A DNA stretch of 64,000 bases, from the NCBI GenBank assembly GCA_973895155.1, contig OZ316893.1:6782963-6846962 (forward strand), written 5' to 3'. A program made the translations under genes and the position numbers. Position 1 is the stretch's first letter. Each line of letters opens with the position of its first letter. This document shows, in pieces, positions 23,566-35,589 of the stretch. The DNA comes from Marsupella aquatica. Lineage: Eukaryota; Plantae; Marchantiophyta. The notes beneath the pieces are model-generated. The model saw nothing but the letters and a program-made list of their open reading frames with translations, was not told the origin of the DNA and ran no database searches.

Positions 23566-24312
23566 CGAAACATTTGGCATGGAGTTTGTTTAGGGTTGCG
23601 AGTGGGTACTCGTTTGGTACTAAACTTACGTGAAATTTCAGTTGGTTCGTTGGTCTTCAGTCATCGATTTTTGCTGTCTACCAGCGCAACAGTCCTTGCT
23701 CCATTGAATTAGGTCTTAGAAGAAGGGTAAAGAACAGTGGTTGCGCAGGGTGTTAATGGCGACAACCATTAAGAGCTCCCTCATTCAACATTGTTGAAGG
23801 ACAATGTGTACTATTTTTAATGTCTTTGGATTGCCTGTCTTGCAGCAGATCCTCACCCAGGGATTGCGTCTAATGCTCCTGCAGTTGTAGGAATTTGGAT
23901 AATAATAATATTTTGAGGCTGGACGCGCTTCTTTTTGGTTCTACCGAAAGACTCCTTGTCAAGACTGGCACCTGGTCAGAATCTGATTTGCGTGTTGCAA
24001 GAACAGCAAATACTAGTGGCAATCATGGAGAATCAAGAATTTGTGCAGTCTAAAGGGAAGTTGTCCTGTCCAGAAATTGATGACAACAAAGACCCCTGAC
24101 TTGGAGCCGGTTGTAAGGTTTGGAAGTTAAGAAGATGCTTGTGGAGTCCATGCGACGGTTTGTGCAGTCTTTATTGTATTTTTCTGTTTTGGGAACTTTG
24201 GGTGACCAGAGTAATGGATTCGAAATAGGGTGTGGCATGGAGGCAGCTGCGGTGGTTGCTGATGCACTGATCCAGAGCAAGGGAGCCTGATGAGTCTGAA
24301 CAATTCGCATGC

Positions 24313-24397
24313 TGTTTCGCGCTCTGTTCTCCGGGTCAATAGATCCTTGTTTCGCGCTCTGTTCTCGGGGTCAATAGATCCTTGTTTCTCTGTTCTG
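24313..24397. repeat. ~34-bp tandem repeat (about 2.5 copies)
   Basis: TGTTTCGCGCTCTGTTCTCcGGGTCAATAGATCCT repeated. Confidence 0.7.
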
Positions 24398-25860
24398 CTC
24401 GATATTCTTTGCGTAAATGTAGTGTCGTTCTCTATCTGCGCTGAGACCCTTGTATCCTCAATTGATCATCGACTGTTATTGTGATTTAATGGATGCTGTG
24501 GTACTTTCACTTGCTGGGGGAATTTGTAGTAAAGAAACGTTATGAAATTTCTTATGAACTGTCGTCAAGAATGGTCACTGCTTCAGCAGTTTCTCTCTTA
24601 CTTGCTACCTTTCAATTTGCTTGTCCTTTGTCTACTCCTGTCTGTAGCCTCTCCCCTCTCGATCAGTTGCATTTTGGGCTATCGCATTGCACCTTATTCG
24701 TGTCTGTAGCGTCTCCCCTCTCAATCAAATGTAATTTGCCTCACATTGCAACTTCTCACTTAGAAACTCCTGACGAGGAGTGCTTTGATAGTATGCCATG
24801 CCACTGCCATGCTGTGAGGGAAGTGACCAACCTTCTCTTCTGTTGTCTGTATTGTAACATTGAAGTTTTATAAGCACAATCAAAATTTTCAGTGCTATCT
24901 CACCGTCACATCTGAAGCTGTAGACGCACGGGATCATGTCAAAGAAACGCGTGGCCTTCATTTACTACAACTGATGAGTTACCGGACAACAGAATAAACA
25001 TTCACAGCAGTAATGACATCTCCAACCATGGGGTCATTAGAAGTAACGATATTTCCTCGGCAAGCTTACGTGAATCTTCAATGATAACTACAGCGATGAT
25101 CGAGAAAGTCAGGTGCCTAACATGCTACTTCTATTGAGACAATTTTCACACTTCAATACCAAATGTCTTTACTACTGCTTAGCATTCAGGATATAACAAT
25201 GAAACCAGCCGTTTGTCTAGAACGTATACCACTGTTTGCACCTTGCTGTGTCACACGACATCGGGATTCCGGATTTGAGAATTCGGGAGTCAACTTCCAC
25301 GAGTGAACAGCTATGACAGCCACACAGAAATGCTCTCGAAGTTGTTTGAGCTTTTTCTGGCAAGCAAATATAGACTTCGTCACAGCGAAGGGCTGGTTTC
25401 ACACAATCTACTATTACCCTTTCCTACACTAGCTGAGTATGGAGCTGGACTAGGACAATTACTCGGGAGAACTCAAACCATCGCCACCCACATTGAGTAA
25501 AAAATACTGTTTCTTTGATGACCTGTACCTCAAAAGGATTATCCAAAACAATTACTACGTACCTTTTTCGGGTTTTTTGCTGGAAACTTCCCATTCGAAA
25601 TTATCATTGTGGATGTGCATGTATCCGTACAATGCGCATCACGTTCGCGGACTCACTGTGATGAGATCAAGTTGACCTTAAAGACCTGAGTCTGAATATG
25701 GTAATCGGGGATCTAGAGCCTCTTACCACGCTTTAAAGATTCAACTCATAGTGAAATCCAAAGGACTTTTGGAGGAAGTGATTCCAACGAATCGTCCCCT
25801 AGTGGTTCAGTGAAGCACAGACGGTCCTATGCAGTCGTGCGATACAACTCTACCTATCGA

Positions 25861-26070
25861 ATCCTGCTTGCCAGATTGAGGAACGACCTTCTTTTCTATG
25901 CCTTTCCCTAGATTGAACAGTATGAACCTTCTGAATTGGACATTCTCCCCTATAGAAAGTTTGGCCTCCTTTACCACAGACTTAACAACTTCTTATCGTC
26001 CTTAATAAATGGCCTCTCCAACAGTTCGAGCTCTACAAGCCTCTTGGTTACCCTGCCGTCGAATATCCTT
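25861..26070 (-). pseudogene. Remnant of EF-Ts C-terminal domain downstream of the stop
   Basis: Reads IFDGRVTKRLVELELLERPFIKDDK, a frameshift, then VVKSVVKEAKLSIGENVQFRRFILFNLGKGIEKK. Confidence 0.8.
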
Positions 26071-26135
26071 GATTCTACTGCAGCGGGGGAGTCCTCAAAC
26101 ACAGGAGCAACCGCTGGAATGGCTATGAAGCAAAC

Positions 26136-27797
26136 CTACTCTTCGGCAACAGGGGCAGCAGAATCTTGCGCCGACTGCTTTTCAGCGGGGGCTTTTTTCG
26201 ACTCCTTAATCCAGGCAGATATCTGTCTAATGGACTCTAAGGAAACCCCCTCCTCATCTACGGGATCGTCTCCCACAGCAGCCTGTGTCGTTGGAATAGA
26301 TTCTGCAGGAACTTCATCCACTGTGGATGCCTCGACAGGAGCAAGAGCTTCTTTTTCTGTGAAAATCTCCTCTACAGGACTAGCAGCAGCCTCTGGCACC
26401 GATTGCTCCTCAGCAGGAGCTTCTTCTGCTGCAGCGGGGGACTCCTTAAGCCAGGCAGCAATCTGTCTAATGGACTCTAAAGAAACCCCCTCCTCATCTA
26501 TAGGATCTTCTACACCGACAGCCTCTGTCTTTGGAGCAGATTGTCCCGGAATTGTATCCACTGATGTTTTAAAGAAATTTAGGGGGTACATATCTTCTGC
26601 AGGAGTGGCAGTAGCCTTCATAGCAAAGGACTTTGGATAAGCAGCGGACTCGTCGGCCGGAGTCCGATTATAGCCATGAAGCGCTAACTCAAAAGGGTTG
26701 GTCGCATCGCTATCCTTGCCCTCGTTGATGCCCCGATTCACGTTGCTGATGTCCACAACTGGATTCATTGTAAGTGCAATCCTGCCCCGATCAATCCTCA
26801 GCACTGTCGCCTTGATTTTCTCCCCTGTCTGCAAGGAGGACTCGGGGGCCATGTTATCGCCTCCTGGAATGTCGGAATAACGAAGAAATCCTTCCTCATT
26901 CTCCGGAAGCTCAACGAAAACTCCTGACCTGATCTTATTCTTTACAGTCCCCTCTACCTCTTGCCCCTTAGAAAGTTTCGTTGGAGGCATCTGTGACTCA
27001 TCTCGCCGGTTCTGCATTCCACCTCCGGCAATCCTTCCTCTATTTACAGGTCTCCAATCAGACCCTTCCTGGAAACGAGACCTTTCACTTCCTTCTCTAG
27101 CGTCACTTGTCCTTTCTTCCCTCTGTACCATGGAGAGTGCAATGCGACCACTTGATTGCTCAAAATTGAGTATTGTAACTTTCACCTCTTGCCCCAATTT
27201 CACAATATCGCTGACATTATTCACATAACCAGCACTCAATTTTGAAATGTGAACTAGTCCATCTGTAAAAGCTCCAATATTCACAAACGCTCCGAACGAC
27301 TGAATTGATGTAACCTTTCCTGTAAACACAGCTCCTTCCACCAAGGCCTCAACAGGAACGGTAGGATTCTCTCTTCTGGCTTTCTGGCCTGGAATCCGAG
27401 GCCTGAATCTCTCTGGCATCGCGGGCGGCGGGGCAGCTGCAGCTGGGACGGACTCTGCATTCTTGTCGGAGCTCTCATCGCCGTTTCCAGGCGCCGAGGA
27501 CTGTGTTTCGTTCACGGCAAAGCTTCCTTGTGCAGCTGCAGTGAACACGTGCCTCGATGAAACACTTCTAGTTTCAGGCCCGAAGCCATACATTCTCCGC
27601 CTTCCAAATACATAGTCCAAAGGCCGAAACGAAATCGAAGACTTGACAGACGCTCTATCCATATTTCCATGAGGTGATGCTCGGGTCAGGGCTGACTCTG
27701 AACATAATAATCTCCTTGGCTGCCACTTTGTCGCAGCGCTGTGGGAAGGACAAGGCGATTGAATTGGCCCCGGACTCAGGAGCGCCGCAGGTGCCAT
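26136..27797 (-). CDS. Plastid-targeted two-S1-domain protein, truncated homolog of the PSRP-7/EF-Ts polyprotein (PETs)
   Basis: Transit-peptide-like N-terminus from MAPAALLS; S1 domain 1 (FTGKVTSIQSFGAFVNIGAFTDGLVHISKLS), S1 domain 2 (KGQEVEGTVKN…GVFVELP…EGFL), acidic linker, then TAG. Confidence 0.8.
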   Translation of the reverse strand: MAPAALLSPGPIQSPCPSHSAATKWQPRRLLCSESALTRASPHGNMDRASVKSSISFRPLDYVFGRRRMYGFGPETRSVSSRHVFTAAAQGSFAVNETQSSAPGNGDESSDKNAESVPAAAAPPPAMPERFRPRIPGQKARRENPTVPVEALVEGAVFTGKVTSIQSFGAFVNIGAFTDGLVHISKLSAGYVNNVSDIVKLGQEVKVTILNFEQSSGRIALSMVQREERTSDAREGSERSRFQEGSDWRPVNRGRIAGGGMQNRRDESQMPPTKLSKGQEVEGTVKNKIRSGVFVELPENEEGFLRYSDIPGGDNMAPESSLQTGEKIKATVLRIDRGRIALTMNPVVDISNVNRGINEGKDSDATNPFELALHGYNRTPADESAAYPKSFAMKATATPAEDMYPLNFFKTSVDTIPGQSAPKTEAVGVEDPIDEEGVSLESIRQIAAWLKESPAAAEEAPAEEQSVPEAAASPVEEIFTEKEALAPVEASTVDEVPAESIPTTQAAVGDDPVDEEGVSLESIRQISAWIKESKKAPAEKQSAQDSAAPVAEE

Positions 27798-29819
27798 TAT
27801 TTGGGAAAATACCACCCTCGTGTGATGGACCAATTTCCTTGGTTCGAGAATTGGATTCTTCCCTGGAACGGTGTAACCTAAATAGCGCATATGTTCAGTT
27901 GCTCAGTTTTCCAATCTTGCATTATTCGCTCAGTCACTGGGCTCTAAGAAGAGAGAAACGATGTCGAGCTCCGCGAGCTCACGAAGGTGCAAAACCCTCC
28001 GCCCTACCTCGAGAGGATTACTTTGTCCTGCAGAAAAGAATTTTGAATCACTGTCATTGCGTCCTGAATATCTGGGGACCGAAGCAATGACAACGAGAAA
28101 AGAATCTACACAACGAAGAACTAGTACAATCGACTCTTCATTGCACTACACTATAAGAGGAGCCAAGACTTGCAGCTTCTACATCATGCTGCAGCTCCTT
28201 TAACAATGCTTTCATTTTCAGCCTGGGAAATATTGTTAGGCGATGTGTAGCACGGGTGCAACGGTGAACTTATAAATATCACGGATATCCTTGTCAGGCT
28301 GCCACGTTACCAAATTGCTTGGTATTCTCAATTTTATTTGAAAAAAACAGACCAAGTGGAGAAGAAGAATGGAGAAAGACAAGAAGTGCAACTCGTCCGC
28401 GCAAATTGCTGTTTATAATCTTGCATCAAAGCAGTCAGATTCATTTGAGATGCGAGAACTGAGGGACCAGACATGGAAATTGTCTATGCTGACCTGAATT
28501 CCACTGGTTCTTTTCGATTGAGCTTCCTCACCCCGGTGTGGAGTGCAGCAATTAATGTATCGAACTGTATCACCAAAAAAGGCTACCACACTTTAAGAAG
28601 AGGAAAGAAGGCCGGGCCAAACCCTAGCAAGTAGTCCTCTATCAAACAGAGTAAATCTAGTAGCATCCATAGTTGAGCACTTCACCGCCAAAATCACTCA
28701 AATAGGCCATAGCTTGTTGCAGCAAAGTGTTTGATTGCGTAAGGCCAAGTCAGAATGAGATTACTCTTCGTGTGTACCTGCTTCACGGCCTGCACAAAGG
28801 CGCCCTCGGCAATTTTCGGTTCCTCGACTTAACAGCAAGCACTTCCGGAAGGAGAACACGCGGCCCTGGATATTTCGGTGCCAGGCGAGCTGCAGGTGCA
28901 TTCCTCTGCAACGACCCGACAGTGTTGAATGCAATGCACGAAATCTTGTTGCCCTGATCATAGCAGAGTCATACTTAAGCAACCACATCAAAAGTCTCTC
29001 CTTATAAACCTTACCTCCATGATGGCACAGACATTATCGCTCGTGTCTAGGGGTTTAGTGTAGCGATTCAGCCGTCTTACCGCAAGAAGATGAACGAGTT
29101 GCACTGTTACGTCCCAGATGCTGATCCGCTTCCTGAAAGTGTCCTGTGCTGTGAATCTCTGCTCAAGTATCAGTCCTAACTAACGGAATTGCAGCGCCGC
29201 CGAATTTGCACAAAACCTACTGCTCGTAGACAGAAACACACACGCAGACGCAATATACACCACAACCCTCATATGCCCACAATGGGGACCGACGCAGACG
29301 CCTACTGTATTCTCTTCTATCAACAATCGAGTGAGCCAATCAAGCGTTGACACGTGGTGCCTTAACGTTGGCAATCCGCCCTCCGTTTTACGAAATCTAC
29401 CAATTGTTTAGGTCGTTTTGAAATAGGGCCCAAACGGGAAGTTGCAGCTTCCATAGACCATTGTGTTTGGACCAAGATGCCTGGATGGACCACTGTGAAT
29501 TGTGTCGATCGCTCTGAAATCATTTTGTTTCACTTAGATAACGCTGGTTTCTGGGGGAAGTTGATGCATGTATGGAGATAATGTTAGACCTTGGGACTCC
29601 ATGGGCCAAGCATTTGTTAAGACCCAGAATAATTCTAGAGGTAGTGAGGGCTTAGACTAACAATAGATTCTTTGTTTGTCCGTTTTATTTGTCCACAAGG
29701 GCAAATACAAGGTCACCCAGGAAATCAGACGGTACCATAGTATAGCATGTATAATGAGGCATAATGTTTTGGATATGAGGCTCCCTAGGGTTCTATCTGA
29801 CTGAATTGCACATGTGATA

Positions 29820-30130
29820 AGACATCTTTGAAATAACAACATCATTGGCAACACGACATCCATTTTCTTGACGACATCTTGGGCGACAAGACACCTTTGG
29901 CAAAATGACTTCTTTGTCCTTAACAATATCATTTTACTTCACGACATTTTGGGCATCGCAACATCTTTTTTATTTAATGACATCTTGGGCAACATGACAT
30001 ATTTTTTCTTAATGACGTCTTGGGCGATATGACTTCTTTTTTCTTGACATTATCTTGGGTGATGACATTTTTTTTCTTAACCACATCTTGGGCAACACGA
30101 CATCTTTTTTATTCACAACATTATTTGGTA
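29820..30130. repeat. Degenerate ~38-40-bp tandem array (about 7-8 units)
   Basis: Recurring GACATCTTGGGCAACAcGACATcTTTTT..TTaAt unit. Confidence 0.65.
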
Positions 30131-30466
30131 TTGAGCTAGTCTATCATAATGACATGGTTGCCATCTGGTCAGTCAAGCACGAGACCTGTCAACACAACAA
30201 GCATGGTAGCATTGAGTGGCAAAGGCACAACTATGCCCAAATCTGTAACAGCCAGGACTTTGGGGCCAAAAGCAACTACAATGTTGGTCCAAAATGTGCT
30301 AATTGCCAAAATCAGCACCAAATAGACAACCAATGCTCAGATAGGAGCAGTTGACGACCTAGTCGTAGTAGTTGACCTCTTTCAGAACCAAGCACTTCTT
30401 TTGTCTCATACAAGTCTCCTATGCCTACTCAACCCCTGGGAGTATGTTATCTTCAACAGCAGTTGT

Positions 30467-33400
30467 TGCTAGATATTGCTCTAGCCTTGTGACTCATGAG
30501 CTAACCACAATTAGTCTAACTCGGGTTAGGACTTAGCTAATGTTAGCGGTAGTGTTGTTGTGTTGTTGTGCATATAGCCAAGGCTGATGCGAGACCCTGG
30601 TGGAACTTAGGCTCATTGTTACGGAGCTAGTTGAGAAATAGGGAGAGCTTGTGCTGTGGATGATTGGTATGGCCTGTCGGCCTAGAGTGCAGTAAAGCTC
30701 TTGTGTGTTCCCGTGGACGTAGCCTCATGTGGAGGTGAACCACGTATCTTTCTGTGTCGACTATTGTGCGTTGGATGGTTCATGGGCTTGCCGTTGTGAA
30801 TGTCGTCTATACTCAACAAGTGGTATCAGAGCATGCTTGGGAGGTGACGAGGTTTTTTTGTGACGGGTTTTCCAGCGTTCAGTGTCGGTGTTACATTTGG
30901 AGTTTCGTCGCATGAAACTCGAATGTGTGTGGCTGAGCGGATAGGTTAGTGAGAGGGATTTCTAACGGTGGTTAGAACTCGCTGATCGGTTTCCGTGGTG
31001 CTGAGGAATTGAAGTTTGCGTCGTTCAGGGTTTATTTTTGTTCGACGGTATTTTGGGGGAGAGACCAGAGATTGTTTTTTCAATGGTGTGAGCTGTGCGG
31101 TGCGGGAGGCGTCGCATATTATAGCTCAAGTTGACGGTTGAAGCGAGCTGGTCGTTTTGGTACCTGGCGGGGTACCTGGTTCGCTGGCGTTTGTGGAGCG
31201 AATGCGTCATGACGAGTGAAGGTTGAGTTCTGGTTTTTTGACAACTATGGTGCTTATTTTTCCTGAACCGGATTACTCGTCGTGACGCTTGACTCTGAGG
31301 AAGAAATGCGAAGTGCTGAGGCTCAACGGAGAGACCATGCATGATGAGGCGATCATTTTGAGTCCGGGATTGGCTCTTGACGCGGAGAGAGTAAGACGCG
31401 GAGAGAGTAAGACGCGGCGGAGGTTTTTTCTTCTCTGGTGGGGCTACAGACGTGCCGGTGCCATTTGGCAACATTTTCATGTTGACGATCATCACTTTTC
31501 TCATTGGAAATCAAAACGAAGGAGGTTGAGGTTTGTAACACGACCTTTGTGTCATTTTATGACACATTTTAAGGTTAGTTTAGGGCATTTTTTTTGCCCC
31601 CATACGACCTGTATACTTTCAAATCCCGACAAACCTACTTCGCCATACGCCCCGGCGCGCGCCCCGGCCTCCCACATCCCTTTAAATATGGCCCAAAATG
31701 CCCTTATATGGCCGCAAATACGCGCGCATGGCCGTGAATACGTGCACTTTTTCCAGGGGCTTTAAGACCCCTTTAAAGTGCTTTTTTCTGATTTTTTTTC
31801 TCTCCTCCTCCTCATTGGTTGTGCCGCATCCCGGGCCCTGTGACCCTCCGTTTTAACCGCTTGGACAGGGGGGACGGCCCCCTGTGAGCCCTGCTGCACT
31901 GTGCGGGGAATATTCTGAAAAAACAGAGAGCGTGTTTTCGGCCGTATGACCAAATTTGGTACCGGGAAACGGTAACTTTTTCCATTTGTTTTTTGGGAGG
32001 TGGTAGCTATTCAAGTTAGCTACGCGGTGCAGCACTCCATTTGCGGTTCCGACATCAATTGTCCATTCACATTTTGGAGATTCTTGGAGGTGGTCAAAAC
32101 GGGGGAGTTTTCCATGGTTTTACCCACCCCGACCGAAATCTGAATAACTTTTCTATCGAAGTTTGTTTTTGATTTTTGTTTTCAGTTTTGGACTCCTAGC
32201 TACGTCGGCTACGCAACGGTGTTGAGTTCTGAGTTTTATGAGAAGTTTTGAAAAAAGATGTTTTTTCGTGATTGTTTCATATGAGTGACTCGGAGAATAC
32301 TGGAAGAATTGGCATCGGTGGAGCTTCAAGATCGCAACGATCAGACGGAGAGTCAGAGGAGGAGCTGCTACCATTTGAGGAAGAACTAATGTCACCGGTA
32401 CAATCACCGGTGCGGCGTGTAGTGGAGGAAGCTGTACTACTACCAGAGCTGTTGGTAGTAGGGAAAGAAGAGGGAGATGGCTAGATTTGGAGGAGTGAAG
32501 TTTGAGGTGGAGAAGTACGATCGTTGTACTAATTACTTGTTGTGGGAGAAGCAAGTGAAGGGTGTTCTTTGGGCCATGGGCTTAGCTCATCTGCTCTCTT
32601 CGTGAGAGCAGTATGATGGAGAGGAGGAGATCTCAAAGAAGCAATGGAGACAAGAGCAAGTGATTGTTGTCAATGCAGTGATGCTTTATCTCAAGCCGCA
32701 CATCATCAAGAAGCTGGATGATTTTGCGGATTGCATGTCACTATTCAAGACTCTAAGAGAGAAGTACTACTGGAAAGATGCGTCAGACCGGCTGTACAAG
32801 AAGTCTCTCTTGATGAGCCTCAGGCTCAAAGTAGGGAGCAAGATGCAGGTTCACCTGGATGAGTTTGACAGTCTAGCGGTGGGATCTGTCAAACCTGGGA
32901 AAAGGAGTCAAAGATGAGGATAAGGCCTTGCTTCTGCTAAGCTCCTTACCGCCGTCATATCAAGGCTTGAAACAGGTGCTCTTGTACAGAGATCTGAAGT
33001 CCATTTTGTATAATGAGGTGGTGAGCTCTTTACTGTCTGATGATGCTCAGAAGAAGCTGGGTCAATCACATACAACATCTTCTTCTGGCACTACGCTGAA
33101 TGTCAACCGTGGAAGAGCAGCGCAACGCACAAATGGGCAGAACAGATTTAGATCTACATTAAGGGGGAGATCTAAATCCATAGGGAAATCGCAAGAGAGG
33201 AAGCCTCTTGCATGTTGGAATTGTGGCAAGCCTGGCCACATGAAAAGGGATTGTCTAGTAAAGGTCCCTACTGCATCTGTTAACGCGGCATCGAGCTCGC
33301 ATGAGGTGGATTTACTCGATGATGATGACATATTGTGATGCCAAGGTTATGCTCTCAACGTAGTGTCAATCCAGGTAGTGATGACTGGATTCTAGATAGT

Positions 33401-33523
33401 GCATGTACCTTTCACATTTGCTCTATGAGAGATTTTTTCAGTTCTTACATGGTTTCCAACGGGTCAATGTTGATGGGAAATGGAGGTGACGAGGTTTTTT
33501 TCGAATGTCGTCTATGCTCAACA
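30467..33523 (+). mobile_element. Internally deleted Ty1/Copia element
   Basis: 5' LTR 30467-30818, PBS TGGTATCAGAGC (tRNA-iMet) 30821-30832, decayed gag-PR, last ~21 nt of 3' LTR, TSD GTTGT at 30462-30466 and 33524-33528. Confidence 0.85.
32477..33490 (+). pseudogene. gag: Copia gag-protease remnant
   Basis: MARFGGVKFEVEKYD…NYLLWEKQVK, LLLSSLPPSY, CWNCGKPGHMKRDC, WILDSACTFHI, with stops and frameshifts. Confidence 0.88.
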
Positions 33524-33809
33524 GTTGTTGATCCAAAGTTTCAACAAAACTGATTGTTGATTAAGAGGCCAATCTTGGATTTATACCCTAGCCTCCACAC
33601 CCTTGGGAACCTGAGACCTCTTAGTTGTAGGCTAATCCCTGGGCATTCTTGAAGAAGAAAGCACCAAAGTAAACAAAGTGAAAAATTATGAAGAGCATTA
33701 AGAACACTTTAAAGTCCTTTTTAGAGGGCATTATGGGATGTAATGCCTTGAATCAAAACAAGAGTTTCCGTTGGATATTTGAGGGGCTATTATTACCCAT
33801 CATGCTCCC

Positions 33810-34152
33810 ATATATATAGCATGTTCATCCTGGAACATGCCTACTTTTTATGTCTTGTAGTGATATGTAATTCAGTTATTTTAATTTATGATTAAAAAAG
33901 TAGGTACATGTAAAGTATATACCAAGAATATATATAGCATGTTCATTCTCCAACTTGTCTTTTTTGTTTTGTAGTGATATGTAATTCATTTAATTTATTT
34001 ATGATAAAATAAGTAAGTACATGTAAAGTATATACTAAGAATATATATAGCATGTTCATCCTAGAACATGTTTCTTTTTTGTCTTGTATTGATATGTAAT
34101 TCATTTAATTTATTTTATGATAAAAAATGGGTACTTGTAAAGTATGTACTAA
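33810..34152. repeat. AT-rich ~113-118-bp tandem repeat, 3 copies
   Basis: ATATATATAGCATGTTCAT…GTGATATGTAATTCA…GTACATGTAAAGTATATAC repeated three times. Confidence 0.75.
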
Positions 34153-34832
34153 GGAATTAATATCTGTTAATTAGGAGTGAGCGGCAAAACACACAAAACC
34201 ATAAGTACACATGTAAAGAAAGCATGTTATGACCAAAAAAATACAAAGGTACTAAAGAGTTATGCACATAAAGTATAAATTTTCACTTGCTTTTAGGTAA
34301 TGACAATCAATTAAAACCATAAATTTTGTGAGGGAACCACAAGTGAAACTATACACCAGATGTGCACATTTCAAATTCATTTCTCTCACTCTCATAAGAA
34401 AAAAGAGAATTCATTAAAGAATGATTCAAAATAAAAGATTAAACATTTATGAGAGGAGCCAAATACATGCAAAATACTCTAAGTTCACTAAAATTTAAAG
34501 GGGTTCAAAAATAAATTCAAAATAAACTTAATACAAATGATTCACCTTGTTAAGGTACCTTAAGTTAGTCAGGGTGGTATTTTGTTTTTGGGGGCTTTAG
34601 GCTGCTGCCACGTTAGCACAAAACACTTTGATTATATCTCATTAAAAACAACCTTATATTTATACAGTCTGTGATCTGACTGCTTTTTGTCCTTAGGTAG
34701 ATGGGTATGCATAATGTTTGGGACAACAATTGCAAATTCAAAATCCAGGTAAACTGAGTCTTGTAATAAAAAATGAAAATACTCAAAGAACTTTGATAAG
34801 TCAGTGTTTTCTACCTTAAGAAACAGGTACAG

Positions 34833-34947
34833 ACCTGGGCTAATCCCTTAATGGGATAAACAGTCTCCCATATATAAGGTCTTCCCGCATACGCGAGTCG
34901 ACCATATATATGGTTGTCTTTATATCCCATTAAGGGATAGCCCTGGT
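34833..34947. mobile_element. Small fold-back (MITE-like) element, ~115 bp
   Basis: Arms ACCTGGGCTAATCCCTTAATGGGATA / TATCCCATTAAGGGATAGCCCTGGT with inner CCATATATA / TATATATGG. Confidence 0.6.
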
Positions 34948-35589
34948 CCTTAACCATATACATTAAATTAAAAATATTGGACACAAAATCTTAATAAAAC
35001 ATAATTCATAAAAGCAATAGCTTCGGCTGGATGTTTAAGGGGCTATTATTACCCATCATGCTCCCAACACAGGACCTTAGTACACTGAAAGTCACAATAA
35101 AATTTTCTTTTTCTAACTTTAGTAGAGGCACAATACTCCCAAAGAGGGGATCCATTCTTGTCCGGGGCAATATGCTCCCACATAAAAATACAAAATGAAA
35201 AAACATGGAGAGCAATATTATAATCCGATTATGTGCCCAAACGTGCATCCATGAAATCATTCGGGGATTTAATGTAATCCAGTGATGTGTAAAGCATTAC
35301 GGTAATCCGATGACGTGTACAAACAGACATCCTTGAATCCAATCGACCTTCGATACACAACGGACCCACTGATCACGAGGCGATTCTTCCCCTGGTGGGC
35401 GGAGAGATTTTTGCTCCCCGTCGGGTTCCTGAGCAATGTGTGGAGAGTATCACAGAGTATTTATAAGGTGCAAGAGTGCGCTCATTAAAAGCAACTGGAC
35501 AGAGCAATTGACCTCCTGTGTAGGTTCTCCATTCTCGTGTCGTAGTTCAGAGACGAGCTTGCTCAGAAGCGTCTCAGATTGTGATAGCC

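Noticed and set aside
25936-26640. 234-aa plus-strand ORF
   Set aside because: Antisense shadow of the S1-protein linker; no independent motif.
29820-30130. CRISPR-like array
   Set aside because: Units are degenerate tandem copies without unique spacers, there are no cas genes, and the context is eukaryotic.
31025-32554. ORFs in the Copia leader
   Set aside because: Short, overlapping on both strands, non-ATG starts, no recognisable domains.
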